Positions 39,456 through 50,084 of a stretch of 64,000 nucleotides of DNA are shown in pieces. Origin of the DNA: Proteiniphilum sp. Its GTDB lineage: Bacteria > Bacteroidota > Bacteroidia > Bacteroidales > Dysgonomonadaceae. The notes under the pieces are model-generated. The model was not told the DNA's origin and made no database searches. It worked only from the letters and a program-made list of their open reading frames with translations. The first letter of the stretch is position 1. Each line of letters begins with the position of its first letter. The stretch covers positions 160,142 to 224,141 of the forward strand of contig NZ_JAYFQD010000010.1 of the NCBI RefSeq assembly GCF_034927365.1, in the 5' to 3' direction. The translations under genes were made by a program, and so were the position numbers.

Positions 39456-39594
39456 ATAATGTGGGAAGCTCCCTGAATCCCTAGGTACTCAGGTATAGTT
39501 GGTAATTAGTTCCTATATTTGAAATAGGAAAAGACGGATAGGTAGCCCAATAAAAAAGCTATATCATTTTAGTTAATTGGTAATTAAAAGAATT

Positions 39595-40047
39595 ATGGGA
39601 AAAGAATTACAGGTTGCAGCACTCGAGAATGGTACGGCCATTGACCATATACCCAGTGATGCTGTTTTCAAAGTGGTTTCACTACTTCAATTACAGAAAT
39701 TGAACAACCGGATCACTATCGGGAATAACCTAAAAAGCAGTAAGATGGGATCTAAAGGAATCATCAAAGTATCGGATAAGTTCTTCCGTGAAGATGAACT
39801 CAACCGTATTGCTTTGATAGCGCCCAATGTGAATCTGAATATCATCCGGAATTTTGAGGTGGTAGAGAAGAAAAAAGTGATATTACCCGATGAGATTGTT
39901 GAGATCGTGAAATGTAACAATCCCAAATGTATCAGCAATAACGAACCGATGAAAACCCGGTTTCATGTGACAGATAAAGAGAAGGTAGAACTTCAGTGCC
40001 ACTATTGCGAAATAAAGATCAAAAAGGAAGACATTGTGCTTCAATAG
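39595..40047 (+). CDS. pyrI: aspartate carbamoyltransferase regulatory subunit
   Basis: [16 protein letters not shown] and Zn-finger CNNPKCISN...CHYCE. The ORF frame opens at 39577. Confidence 0.9.
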   Translation: MGKELQVAALENGTAIDHIPSDAVFKVVSLLQLQKLNNRITIGNNLKSSKMGSKGIIKVSDKFFREDELNRIALIAPNVNLNIIRNFEVVEKKKVILPDEIVEIVKCNNPKCISNNEPMKTRFHVTDKEKVELQCHYCEIKIKKEDIVLQ

Positions 40048-40069
40048 ATATTCAGTTGATATTCAATAG

Positions 40070-40190
40070 CAATTACGTATGAAGTACAAATAACAGCGAA
40101 GCTGAATAACGTGAGCAAAGCGAACGAATAACTACAGAATAACATGCGAAGCATGAATAACTATTGAATAACGGCGAAGCTAAACAACAA
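40070..40190 (+). repeat. Family C tandem-degenerate GAATAACNNGCGAAGC array, about 6 units
   Basis: caaataacagcgaagc / tgaataacgtgagcaaagc / gaacgaataactacag / aataacatgcgaagc / atgaataactattg / aataacggcgaagc. Matches 398-510. Confidence 0.65.
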
Positions 40191-40204
40191 TAATTAATGC
40201 ATTT

Positions 40205-41140
40205 ATGCCCGTCAATTTACCCGAAAAATTACCAGCGATTGAGATATTAAAGAAGGAGCATATTTTTGTAATGGACGACTTACGTGCATCCACGCAAGAT
40301 ATACGCCCCTTAAGAATATTGATTCTCAACCTGATGCCGGTAAAAATAACAACAGAGACAGATCTCATACGGCTTCTGTCTAACTCTCCGCTCCAGATAG
40401 AGATTGAATTTCTTGGATTATCCACACATACGCCCAAGAATACACCTATCGAACATCTCATGTCGTTTTATACAAGGTTTCCCAAAATAAAAAATAGTTA
40501 TTACGACGGGATGATCATTACTGGTGCACCGGTAGAGATGCTTCCTTTTGAAGAGGTGAAATATTGGAAAGAGTTTACGCAAATATTAGATTGGGCACGC
40601 ACACATGTAACCTCCACTTTTTACATCTGTTGGGGTGCACAGGCGGCACTGCAACATTTCTATGGTATCAACAAGTATCCATTGGATAAAAAGCTCTTCG
40701 GCGTTTTCAGTCACAGAGTAAACGATCCCTCATTTCCTCTCTTTCGCGGTTTTGATGACGAATTCTATGCACCCCACAGCAGGCACACCACTATTCTGGC
40801 TGATGAGATAAGAAAACACCCCTCACTGACTATCCTCTCCGAGTCGGAGGAAGCAGGCGTGTATATTGTTTCATCCCGTGGAGGAAGGGAGTTTTACGTG
40901 ACCGGCCATTCCGAGTATTCACCCCTTACCCTGCACAAGGAGTATATCCGCGACATGGAGAAGGGGATGGATTCCGTGGTATTACCCAAGAACTACTACA
41001 GGAACAACGATCCAAATCAACTACCATTAGTACAATGGCGATCACATGCTAACCTTTTATATATAAACTGGTTAAACTATTTTGTGTATCAAGCCACTCC
41101 TTTCAATATCTCGGAAATTGCACATCTCGGTGAGCTGTAA
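40205..41140 (+). CDS. metA: homoserine O-acyltransferase (MetA family)
   Basis: IRPLRILILNLMP, HSEY motifs, 311 aa. Confidence 0.88.
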   Translation: MPVNLPEKLPAIEILKKEHIFVMDDLRASTQDIRPLRILILNLMPVKITTETDLIRLLSNSPLQIEIEFLGLSTHTPKNTPIEHLMSFYTRFPKIKNSYYDGMIITGAPVEMLPFEEVKYWKEFTQILDWARTHVTSTFYICWGAQAALQHFYGINKYPLDKKLFGVFSHRVNDPSFPLFRGFDDEFYAPHSRHTTILADEIRKHPSLTILSESEEAGVYIVSSRGGREFYVTGHSEYSPLTLHKEYIRDMEKGMDSVVLPKNYYRNNDPNQLPLVQWRSHANLLYINWLNYFVYQATPFNISEIAHLGEL

Positions 41141-41159
41141 ACCTGAATAAATAAAGGAT

Positions 41160-42335
41160 TTACCGGTTAACAGCATTTCCTGCAAACTTCAGACAGACCG
41201 GTTTCCCGAGAGATATATCCTTATGAGTATCGGTAAGCAATCCTGTTTCGTCATCGATACGGAACACCTGTATCTTATTATCATCCCTGGCAGCCACCAA
41301 AAGGAACTTTCCGTTGGGAGAAATGACAAAATTACGCGGATGCTTTCCGGTCAGCTGATAACCTGCTTTTACAAGTGTCCCGTCGTTAGAATTGATTGAA
41401 AAGATGGCGATGCCGTCGGCTTGAAGCCGATTTGAAGCATAAAGAAAGCGGCCATCGGGTGAGACATGGATATCGGCGCTCCCTCTGGCGCCGGTTGTAT
41501 CGGCAGCAATCACCTGTTTCTGGATCAACTCTCCGAAAGAATAATCAAAGACAATCACTTCACCCGACAACTCACCCAACAGATAGAGGTATTTTCCCCC
41601 ATCGGGATGGAAATCGAAATGACGTGGTCCGGTTCCTGCCGGTATCAAAAATTCTTTCATGCTACTATCTAATAAACCAGGCTGTCCCTCAAAGGGCGTA
41701 TCGTTTACGTTGAAGCGGTAGAGTTTGTCGCTTCCCAAATCGGCTGCAAACAGATATTGGCCATCGGGAGAATACCTCACGCTATGCAGATGGGCGCTTT
41801 CCTGCCGGACGGAGTCCGGACCCGATCCCTTGAAGTGCTTCAATACTATGGCAGAAGTAAGCGTGCCATCTTCTTTCACCTGAAACGAAGCAATACTTCC
41901 TCCTCCATAGTTGGCTGTATGCACATTCTTTCCTTTACCGTCCACCGTAATATAACAGGGAGCACTACTATTTACCGGCTTGGAGTTTATTAACTTCATC
42001 TTCCCGTTACGTTTATCGAATGAGAAAGCATGTACAGCACTGTTCGTTCCGTCGTTTTCACTCACCGCATAGATAAATCGTTTATCGGGACTCGGGGTGA
42101 GGTAGGACGGATTTTCGACCTCTATCATGCTGATTGCATCGGAATCGCCCGTATCCGTATCGAAACGATATACAAATATCCCTTTACTACCCTCGTTGGA
42201 AGTGTAGGTCCCGGCTAATAGAAAGAGATCCCCTCCGCTGGTCTCCTCCACGGACACTTCTTCCCCCTCCGATATGTTACGCTCATCTGTCTTTTCCGGG
42301 CGGTTTCCGGTACATGAAACCAATAAAGCTGCTAC
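41160..42335 (-). CDS. 7-bladed beta-propeller lactonase family lipoprotein
   Basis: Repeated propeller blades (LYASNR, ...RHFDFHPDGKYLYLL...). Lipobox LLVSCTG. The ORF frame extends to 42416. Confidence 0.65.
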   Translation of the reverse strand, partial: VAALLVSCTGNRPEKTDERNISEGEEVSVEETSGGDLFLLAGTYTSNEGSKGIFVYRFDTDTGDSDAISMIEVENPSYLTPSPDKRFIYAVSENDGTNSAVHAFSFDKRNGKMKLINSKPVNSSAPCYITVDGKGKNVHTANYGGGSIASFQVKEDGTLTSAIVLKHFKGSGPDSVRQESAHLHSVRYSPDGQYLFAADLGSDKLYRFNVNDTPFEGQPGLLDSSMKEFLIPAGTGPRHFDFHPDGGKYLYLLGELSGEVIVFDYSFGELIQKQVIAADTTGARGSADIHVSPDGRFLYASNRLQADGIAIFSINSNDGTLVKAGYQLTGKHPRNFVISPNGKFLLVAARDDNKIQVFRIDDETGLLTDTHKDISLGKPVCLKFAGNAVNR

Positions 42336-42593
42336 CACCGCTGTCATTACTATATTTTTAATCATCGTTGCTACATTTATCATATCAAAAAAATCATCAT
42401 TTATCGAACGAAACACATCGCCAAAGGTAGTACCTTGTGAAACACTTTATCCGTTATCTTGCAAAGCACACTATCTCACAGCCCCCTCTGGATTTACGAA
42501 AGTAACCTATTTTTCTTAAACAGATTCCTTTTCCCCAAAAAAAATCAACCTATCGGCATTCCTTGTCCCGGCTAGTCAGAATTGGCGCATCAG

Positions 42594-42636
42594 CATATTG
42601 GCACATTGGCATATTGGCATATTGGCATATTGGCAA
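42594..42636 (+). repeat. Family A 8-bp tandem array, ATTGGCAY orientation, about 5 units
   Basis: catattggcacattggcatattggcatattggcatattggcaaat. Confidence 0.85.
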
Positions 42637-42684
42637 ATCTAAAATTAAATTTGCTAATGTGGCGTGGACTCCGTATTTTTGCAC

Positions 42685-42692
42685 CATCAAAA
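42685..42692 (+). promoter_or_regulatory. Bacteroidetes sigma-A -7 element (TATTTTTG) upstream of the 42727/cdsA operon
   Basis: ccgTATTTTTGcacc about 35 bp before the ATG and 50 bp after the Family A array. Confidence 0.35.
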
Positions 42693-42726
42693 AAATTAAA
42701 ACCCGGTAGCAAAACAAGAATAGAAT

Positions 42727-43167
42727 ATGTTGTCAGAAATTTTATCGATCACCGGCCGTCCCGGTTTATACAAACTTATCTCCACCAATAAAAATATGAA
42801 TATTGTTGAGTCGCTTGCCGATGGAAAACGTGTTCCCGTATACGCTCAGGAAAAAGTTGTAGCTTTGAGCGATGTATCTATCTACACCCAAAATGGAGAC
42901 ACACCTTTGCGGGACGTATTAAAAAAAATAAAGGAAAAAGAGGAAGGTAAGCAGGTCTCTCTGGGATCCAAATCATCCAGTAAACAACTCTTCGCTTATC
43001 TTGAAGAGGTACTGCCCGACTATAGTAGGGACAGTGTTTATGCCGGTGACATAAAGAAACTGATTTCGTGGTATAATATTCTTACAACACACAATATCGA
43101 TCTGGAAGAAACAGAAAAGTCGGGGGATAGTACCCCTGATGATTCCGAGACACAACCGAAGGAATGA
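42727..43167 (+). CDS. conserved hypothetical protein
   Basis: 146-aa ORF with an acidic tail. ATGA-coupled to the cdsA start. Confidence 0.5.
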   Translation: MLSEILSITGRPGLYKLISTNKNMNIVESLADGKRVPVYAQEKVVALSDVSIYTQNGDTPLRDVLKKIKEKEEGKQVSLGSKSSSKQLFAYLEEVLPDYSRDSVYAGDIKKLISWYNILTTHNIDLEETEKSGDSTPDDSETQPKE

Positions 43168-44006
43168 ACATAAAAGATATCTTCACCCGTGCGGGAGCCG
43201 GTACCATCTACATCCTGGTCATACTTCTGGGTTTGTTGGGGGGGCGGTTTTCATTTCTTGCTGTTTTCGGAGCCATACTGGCTGCCGGGCTATTCGAATT
43301 TTACCGTATGGTAGAGAAAGACACTTCCCATGCAATCAGCAAAATATTCAATATCCTGTCGGGGGTTATCATCTTTATATCGGTATTTCTCTACCTGGAG
43401 AATATCAATACCTATCTCCTACCCATCTCTGTCCTCACTTATCTACTGATACTGATCGCTTCGGCCATTTTCCTGCGCAGGGATGATATCTTCCATGGTA
43501 TCATTTATTCGGTCTTTGGGCAGTTCTATATTACGATGCCATTGGGTTTACTCATGCTCATCTCCTATTCACTTCAACCCGATATTGCAGCAGGAAATGC
43601 GTACGACTGGGTTCCGGTGCTGGCTCTGTTTGTATTCCTTTGGGTCAACGATACGGCAGCCTATTTCATCGGATCTCTCATTGGCAAGCACAAACTCATC
43701 GAACACATCTCACCCAAAAAATCGATAGAAGGTTTTATCGCCGGGATCTGTTTCACTATGCTCGCATCCCTGATCTTCGATTGGCTCTATCCCGGTTTTT
43801 CTGTAATATTCTGGATGGGATTCGGCGTAATAGTATCGCTATTCGGGACGCTGGGCGACTTGTTCGAATCGCTTATCAAACGTACTTGTAAAGTAAAGGA
43901 TGCCGGTGACCTGATCCCCGGACATGGAGGCATACTCGACCGGATTGACAGTCTCTTAGTGGCTGTTCCTGCCGTTTTCCTCTATTTTATCCTGTTCCTG
44001 CAATAA
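43164..44006 (+). CDS. cdsA: phosphatidate cytidylyltransferase
   Basis: WVNDTAAYFIGSLIGKHKL...KSIEGFIAG...GDLFESLIKR...GDLIPGHGGILDRIDSLL. 280 aa. Confidence 0.92.
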   Translation: MNIKDIFTRAGAGTIYILVILLGLLGGRFSFLAVFGAILAAGLFEFYRMVEKDTSHAISKIFNILSGVIIFISVFLYLENINTYLLPISVLTYLLILIASAIFLRRDDIFHGIIYSVFGQFYITMPLGLLMLISYSLQPDIAAGNAYDWVPVLALFVFLWVNDTAAYFIGSLIGKHKLIEHISPKKSIEGFIAGICFTMLASLIFDWLYPGFSVIFWMGFGVIVSLFGTLGDLFESLIKRTCKVKDAGDLIPGHGGILDRIDSLLVAVPAVFLYFILFLQ

Positions 44007-44019
44007 AAGAAAAACGGCC

Positions 44020-44066
44020 GGCATAAAATAATCCGATAAGAAGATCAATGTTGCCGGCCGAATCAC
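44020..44066. terminator. possible bidirectional terminator (long-loop hairpin CGGCCGGCA...TGCCGGCCG)
   Basis: 9-bp GC-rich stem with a roughly 30-nt loop between convergent cdsA and galE. Confidence 0.3.
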
Positions 44067-44077
44067 TATTTTCTATC

Positions 44078-45109
44078 TTACATCGCCCCTTTTTCCCGTA
44101 AACGCTGTTGCCATTTCCAGGCCGAAGCCATGGTATCTTCGATGGTTTCTACCGCTTTCCAGCCCAATACGTTATTGGCCTTGTCGGGTTGAGCCCAGAT
44201 TTGTTCAATATCGCCTTCCCGACGTCCGACAATTTTATAATTCAGCGGCTTACCGGATACTTTCTCGAATACCTTGATCAACCCTAACACCGAGAGTCCT
44301 GTTCCCGTTCCCAGATTAAATATCTCGACCTTGTCGTCCGACTTGTCTTCAAGCATGCGCTCAACAGCGATCACATGCGCTTTGGCCAAATCCACCACAT
44401 TAATGAAATCACGGATACAAGAGCCGTCGGGAGTATTGTAATCATCGCCAAATACACTTAATTGCTGCCGTATGCCAATCCCGGTCTGGGTGATGTAAGG
44501 GACTAAATTCTGCGGTACGCCTAAAGGCAATTCGCCGATCTCTGCCGACGGATGGGCGCCGATAGGATTAAAGTAACGAAGGATAATGCTTTTGATGGGA
44601 GCGCCCGAATGTACAAAATCCTGTATGATCTCTTCATTGATCTGCTTGCTATTGCCATAGGGGGATGTAGCCGGTTTCACCGGGGCATTCTCATCAATCG
44701 GATTGGTATCGGGTTCCCCATAAACGGTACATGACGAAGAGAAGACAATTCCCTTCACGTTATGCTGCGGCATTAACTCCAGCAGGTTGATCAACGATAC
44801 CAGGTTATTACGGTAATACATCAACGGTTTTTCCACCGATTCGCCCACCGCCTTGCTGGCCGCGAAATGAATAATCCCGTCGAAGCTGTATTTCCTGAAC
44901 AATGCCTTCATCGCCGCAAGATCGGTACAATCGAGTTTATCAAAAATAGGACGCTTACCGGTAATCCGGGTGATACCCTCCAGCACATCGGCATTGGAAT
45001 TGGAAAGATTATCCACAATCACCACTTCATATCCGGCCTGTTGCAACTCAACCACCGTATGTGAACCAATGTACCCGGTTCCTCCTGTTACAAGAATTTT
45101 TTTTGACAT
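44078..45109 (-). CDS. galE: UDP-glucose 4-epimerase
   Basis: KILVTGGTGYIGSH Rossmann, YxxxK-type SDR, 343 aa. Confidence 0.9.
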   Translation of the reverse strand: MSKKILVTGGTGYIGSHTVVELQQAGYEVVIVDNLSNSNADVLEGITRITGKRPIFDKLDCTDLAAMKALFRKYSFDGIIHFAASKAVGESVEKPLMYYRNNLVSLINLLELMPQHNVKGIVFSSSCTVYGEPDTNPIDENAPVKPATSPYGNSKQINEEIIQDFVHSGAPIKSIILRYFNPIGAHPSAEIGELPLGVPQNLVPYITQTGIGIRQQLSVFGDDYNTPDGSCIRDFINVVDLAKAHVIAVERMLEDKSDDKVEIFNLGTGTGLSVLGLIKVFEKVSGKPLNYKIVGRREGDIEQIWAQPDKANNVLGWKAVETIEDTMASAWKWQQRLREKGAM

Positions 45110-45167
45110 AAGAATTTATTAATTATCAATTACTGATTATGTTAAAACTCAGAAATTAGAAGTTGGA

Positions 45168-45215
45168 CTTCAACAATTGAACGTTTCAACAATTCAACGC
45201 TTCAACGTTTTAACA
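45168..45215. repeat. local tandem repeat (TTCAACRNTTGAACG-like units) spanning the 3' end of the S41 protease gene and the galE upstream region
   Basis: cttcaacaattgaacgtttcaacaattcaacgcttcaacgttttaacaa. Confidence 0.55.
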
Positions 45216-48200
45216 ACTCCTCCACAGCCCTTTTCAGTTGGAGATCATCCCCACTCAACAGGGATTCGGGCGTATTATAGACTTCAATATCAGGTTCCAA
45301 TTGGTTATTTTCCATTGGTATACCCTTCATATCTACTACCGTTACTTGCGGGATACCGAATACCAGCGAGGGATCGATCTGAGATTCCCACCATACGGCT
45401 GTCATGGTGCCCGGCACGGGAGCACCGACCAGCTTTCCGATACCCAGTTCCTTATAAACCCAGGGGAATCCATGTGCATTGGAGTAGTTGCTCTCTCCCA
45501 TCAAAACGATGGAAGGCTTGGTCCATTTATTGAAAGGATCACTACCGATATACTCTCCACGGGGTGCAAACCGCTGATACTCCTTACCACTTAGCAGGGT
45601 TGCCAGATCGTCATGCAACCATCCTCCACCGTTAAAGCGGGTATCAATTACAACCGCCTCTTTATTCCGGTATTTTCCGAGTAGATTCAGATAAACATCC
45701 CTGAAACTATCGCTATTCATTCCCCGGATATGGACATAGCCAATCCGTCCACCGGAGTATTTCTCCGTAAGCTCTTCCCGTTTTTCTACCCAACGGTTAT
45801 ATAACAACTCATTTTCTTGTCCATATGAAATGGGTTTCACGATCTCTTCGAACCGATCTCCTTCACCGGGTGTGTAGGCTGTAATTACGACCGGTTTTCC
45901 TGCCTTTCCGTCAAGTAAATGCCACCATGTCTTCCCCGCTGCTATCAGTTCACCGTCAATCTTCTCGACGATCACACCGGGTTTCAGCTTCGATTTTGCC
46001 TTGATCAGAGGGCTTCCTTTCATGATCTCTTTGATCTTCAATCCCTCTCCTTGATAGATATCATCCCAGAATACACCCAGAGTAGCTGTCGGCCAGCCAC
46101 TACCCGGAGATGAGTACCGGGCACCGGTATGAGATCCGTTCAGTTCACCTAACATCTCCGACAGCATCTCGGCGAAGTCGAAATTATTATCGATATGCGG
46201 CAGGAATCTGCGGTATGCCTCACCATACATCTTCCAGTCCACGCCATGTAAATTCTTATCGTAGAACTTGTCTTTCACCTGTTTCCATGCGTGATCAAAG
46301 ATATAGGCCCTTTCAGCAGCACCACGGTAATTAAATGGAGCGGAAAACGACACATCTGTCACTCTTCCGTTGTCTATTTTCTTTATCCGCCCCTGCGATA
46401 CCAGATAGAGATTCTTCTCATCCTTATCGGGCATCAACAAACCGTATCCCACGTCTTTACTCAACAGTTTGGTACTGTTTTCCAGGAAATCCTGCTCCCA
46501 TAAATCCACCCCTTTCTCGAAACTGGCAAGATAGTAGAGTTTGGAACCGTCTTTATTGAGATAGGCATCCGATAGATTGGAAGAATGGCGTGTCAACCGC
46601 ACCACTCTGTGACGGCGATTATCGAGATCGAAAACAAGCGATTCCACTGTTTTGGTTGAGTCTTTGTCAACTTTCGATCCATCTTTTCCATCTTTATTTT
46701 CTTTTTTATCCTTGCTATCAGCTTTCTTATCCGAATCCTTCGACTCCTTCTCCATCTCTTTTTTCAATGCGCGCTCTTCCTTATTGAGTTGGAAATCATC
46801 ATAAGCATCGGGAGTGAGAAACATCAGATAAGCATCGCGATGTGCTCCCCAGCTACCATGGCTACGATACCCCGCCCTATCGGAGAAGAACAGGATCGCC
46901 TTGCCATCCAGTGTCCATTTAGCCCGCACATCGGTATATCCGCTAAGAGTGAGATTCGTGATTTCCCCGCTACCGTCCGCTTTTATCAATGCGACATCCT
47001 TATTGTTCCATCCTCCGTTATCGATATAATCCGAGAGTATCCATTTGCTGTCGGGCGACCACTGAAACCACTGGTCTCCGTCACTGTAAGAATAATTGTA
47101 TTTGGCATCCATCACCTTCCTCGACTTCCTGGTTTCCAGATTGAGCACATAGATCGCGGAACGGTCTTCCAGATAGGCGATCTCCTTCCCGTCGGGTGAA
47201 AACAGGGGTTGGAACGAAGGAACATCGGTATCGGTCAGCTTGGTCTCTTTCAACTCCCGCGCATAACAGAAATATTTATCCTCTTTACGCGCTAACTCCG
47301 AACAATAGATATTCCAGGTATTCCCGCGTTCTGCCGAATAGATGAGTGAACGGCCGTCGGGACTGAAATCCACATCCCGCTCCTGCTCGGGAGTATCCGT
47401 AATTCTTTTGGTAGTACCAAATTCTACGGAGGTAACAAACAGATCTCCGCGGGCAATGAAGGCGATCTCCTTTCCGCTTGGTGAGACAGCAATACTCCTG
47501 GCTCCAGTGGTAAGGGTCTGGGGAACCATCTCCCTTTCAAAATTATCGGAGATGACGCTTACATTTATTTTACGGGGTTTTTCACCCTTTTTCATATGAT
47601 ACAATTCCCCGTCGAAAGAAAAACAGAGATTATCATTCCTGTCGGCAGAGAGAAACCGTACGGGATGTTGTTTGAAGTTTGTCAGTTGCACCGGGGTCCC
47701 ACCGTCAACTCCGGCACGATAAATATTGAATGTTCCGTCCTGTTCACTCAGGTAATAAAAGCTTTTCCCGTCGGACGACCAAACCCCGTTGCGGTTCTCT
47801 CCCTTAAAAGAGGTGAGTTTCCGGTGGGTTTTCTTCTTACTGTCGTATAACCATACATCACGTGTAATGGATGAGGTGTGGTGTTTTCTCCACGCATCTT
47901 CATAACCTTTCCTGTCGGTATAGAGCCAAAGGTTGTCATTCTGCGCTATATCTTCCATATGGGTGGGAGATACCATTTTCGGCCGGTCGCCACTCAGTGT
48001 TACGGTATAGATCTGATTAAACAATCCGATCGGAAACTGTTGGCTTTCCTGTGCCGGTTGAATATAGGCACTGAACAGTATGGTACTGTCGTTTTGAAAT
48101 CCCTCGGGATACTCATTGGCGGAATGGGATGTGATTCGCCTGGTCTGTGCGTTTTGCAGTGTCACCACGTATACATCAAAATTTCCCTCCCGGTTGGAAG

Positions 48201-48441
48201 AGAACGCCAGTTTATCTCCCTTGGACGACCAAACGGGATGTGTATCGTAGGAAGCATGGGAGGTGACTTGTGCAGCCTTTCCACCTGAAACAGGTACGAT
48301 AAATATATCTCCCTTATAAGTAAAAGCCACCGTAGAACCGTCCGGAGAGATTACACTATTACGGAGCCACAGGGGGGATTCCTGACCATATATCAAAAAA
48401 ACGGCCAGTAAAAAAAACGAAGAAACCAGGATTTTTCTCAT
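45202..48441 (-). CDS. tricorn-protease-like S41 peptidase with N-terminal PD40/beta-propeller repeats and PDZ
   Basis: Signal peptide. Multiple TolB-like blades. PDZ. C-terminal S41 core (VVIDTRFNGGG...). 1079 aa. Internal K/D/E low-complexity stretch KEMEKESKDSDKKADSKDKKENKDGKDGSKVDKD. Confidence 0.7.
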   Translation of the reverse strand: MRKILVSSFFLLAVFLIYGQESPLWLRNSVISPDGSTVAFTYKGDIFIVPVSGGKAAQVTSHASYDTHPVWSSKGDKLAFSSNREGNFDVYVVTLQNAQTRRITSHSANEYPEGFQNDSTILFSAYIQPAQESQQFPIGLFNQIYTVTLSGDRPKMVSPTHMEDIAQNDNLWLYTDRKGYEDAWRKHHTSSITRDVWLYDSKKKTHRKLTSFKGENRNGVWSSDGKSFYYLSEQDGTFNIYRAGVDGGTPVQLTNFKQHPVRFLSADRNDNLCFSFDGELYHMKKGEKPRKINVSVISDNFEREMVPQTLTTGARSIAVSPSGKEIAFIARGDLFVTSVEFGTTKRITDTPEQERDVDFSPDGRSLIYSAERGNTWNIYCSELARKEDKYFCYARELKETKLTDTDVPSFQPLFSPDGKEIAYLEDRSAIYVLNLETRKSRKVMDAKYNYSYSDGDQWFQWSPDSKWILSDYIDNGGWNNKDVALIKADGSGEITNLTLSGYTDVRAKWTLDGKAILFFSDRAGYRSHGSWGAHRDAYLMFLTPDAYDDFQLNKEERALKKEMEKESKDSDKKADSKDKKENKDGKDGSKVDKDSTKTVESLVFDLDNRRHRVVRLTRHSSNLSDAYLNKDGSKLYYLASFEKGVDLWEQDFLENSTKLLSKDVGYGLLMPDKDEKNLYLVSQGRIKKIDNGRVTDVSFSAPFNYRGAAERAYIFDHAWKQVKDKFYDKNLHGVDWKMYGEAYRRFLPHIDNNFDFAEMLSEMLGELNGSHTGARYSSPGSGWPTATLGVFWDDIYQGEGLKIKEIMKGSPLIKAKSKLKPGVIVEKIDGELIAAGKTWWHLLDGKAGKPVVITAYTPGEGDRFEEIVKPISYGQENELLYNRWVEKREELTEKYSGGRIGYVHIRGMNSDSFRDVYLNLLGKYRNKEAVVIDTRFNGGGWLHDDLATLLSGKEYQRFAPRGEYIGSDPFNKWTKPSIVLMGESNYSNAHGFPWVYKELGIGKLVGAPVPGTMTAVWWESQIDPSLVFGIPQVTVVDMKGIPMENNQLEPDIEVYNTPESLLSGDDLQLKRAVEELLKR

Positions 48442-48611
48442 CGAATTATTCTTTTTTTGTTTGTCAGACCTTATAATCTACAAAATTACATAAAATTTAT
48501 AAGACCTGAAGCCATACAGATGGAAACTAATTTATGGAATCCAATAGTATTTGTAGGTTTGTCAGATATTGATACGTAAATCATTTTTCCGTTATAAAGA
48601 TTTGTTTTTTA

Positions 48612-49823
48612 TCATTGTTTAAATTTACCGTAAAACAACAGGCTGCAATCATCATCCAAATCAGTTTCTTCGATTAGTTGCTGTAGTTCTTCCAACTTTT
48701 TACTGTTTTTGGATGATAATGATCCCTTATCCACCTTTTCGATCTTCTCTGCAATATTGCTCCCAAAATCAATCAACCCAAAATAACCATAATAGCATCT
48801 GGCAAGAATACGGTATTGATCCAATAATATTCCTTCCGGAGTTATGAACCCATCAAAATGGCATCCTTTCAATGTTCGCTTGTCAATAATCATTTTGGGT
48901 GTATGATATTCATCTTGACCGGGGAAAGTTTCAGTTCCAATTTCAACTATAAAGTGCTTGGGAAGTTCAAAGATAAATATAGCTATTGACTGATCTACCA
49001 TATTACTCATACGAAATCTTGGAATCAACCTGTTTTCCTGCTCACTGTAATGGTAAAGGTATTCATTCGTATTTCGACGCTCCACCTTGAAATATTCGAT
49101 ATTGGGTGTATGAAACCTCGTTATGGTCGCCTCTGTGGTAACGGGATTCTCTTCGTAGTAATCGGACTTTTTACATCCCTGTATCATGTTTCCCTGAAAA
49201 TCCTGTATCCAGACCGAATATGTTACTCCAATCCATGGACTATTAGCAAAAATCAGTTTTCCCTGCTCTCGGTCAGGCAGGAATGCACTACCTATGACAG
49301 ATTCTTCCTGAAGTGGAATCGGGGGATAATGATTTCCCTCGAAATCGTACAACAAGAGACGGGTTGCCGAATGAGTCAGGACATATATCCGGTCGGATTT
49401 TTCATCCATGTATACATTGTCTACCGACTGGTATTCTCCGGGACCCTGACCGATTTTGCCTATATTTCGGATATATTTCCCCTGTTTATCATATAACTTC
49501 AATGGCATTTGAGAACCCCAAAAAACAGCAATATACTGTTCTCCTACTATATGGTCCGGAAGCCTCTCTCCTATGAGCCCTTCCTCATTTTCATTGTCCA
49601 TCTTGAGGATGGTGAAGTCGGTAAGCAACTCATCCAACGGAACATTTTTTTTCTGATTAATCCTATTGAAATCACAGACAATCACACTGTCTCCGTTAAC
49701 GACTTCAATTGCTGCAACAACATCACAGTCATCCAGAAAGGAAGTACCCCCTCCCGGTTGTGACTGATGGGAATTACAAGCCAAGAGCGTTATTATAGAT
49801 ATTGATACGATATATTTCTTCAT
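48612..49823 (-). CDS. hypothetical lipoprotein, possibly a 6-bladed beta-propeller
   Basis: MKKYIVSISIITLLACN lipobox. About 400 aa. The ORF frame extends to 49949. Confidence 0.5.
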   Translation of the reverse strand: MKKYIVSISIITLLACNSHQSQPGGGTSFLDDCDVVAAIEVVNGDSVIVCDFNRINQKKNVPLDELLTDFTILKMDNENEEGLIGERLPDHIVGEQYIAVFWGSQMPLKLYDKQGKYIRNIGKIGQGPGEYQSVDNVYMDEKSDRIYVLTHSATRLLLYDFEGNHYPPIPLQEESVIGSAFLPDREQGKLIFANSPWIGVTYSVWIQDFQGNMIQGCKKSDYYEENPVTTEATITRFHTPNIEYFKVERRNTNEYLYHYSEQENRLIPRFRMSNMVDQSIAIFIFELPKHFIVEIGTETFPGQDEYHTPKMIIDKRTLKGCHFDGFITPEGILLDQYRILARCYYGYFGLIDFGSNIAEKIEKVDKGSLSSKNSKKLEELQQLIEETDLDDDCSLLFYGKFKQ

Positions 49824-50084
49824 TACCCTCCAAGAAGAGAAAAATCGGCTGTTGTAAAACTTTTTGTCATACCGGTTGCTTATCGGTGTAAATGAAAATA
49901 GTTCGGGAGATAGTAGGTTTTCAGATTGATTTGATGTATTTTCGCTCATGGAAAAGTTTTTTTGTATTTGCTTTTACTAGACATTACAAATATCATAGAA
50001 TATTCTGTTATTCAAAATAACAATAAACTTTTCTTCTTATTGTGAATAATTCGGACTAAAGCATCCTGAACAATTTTTGTTCAA

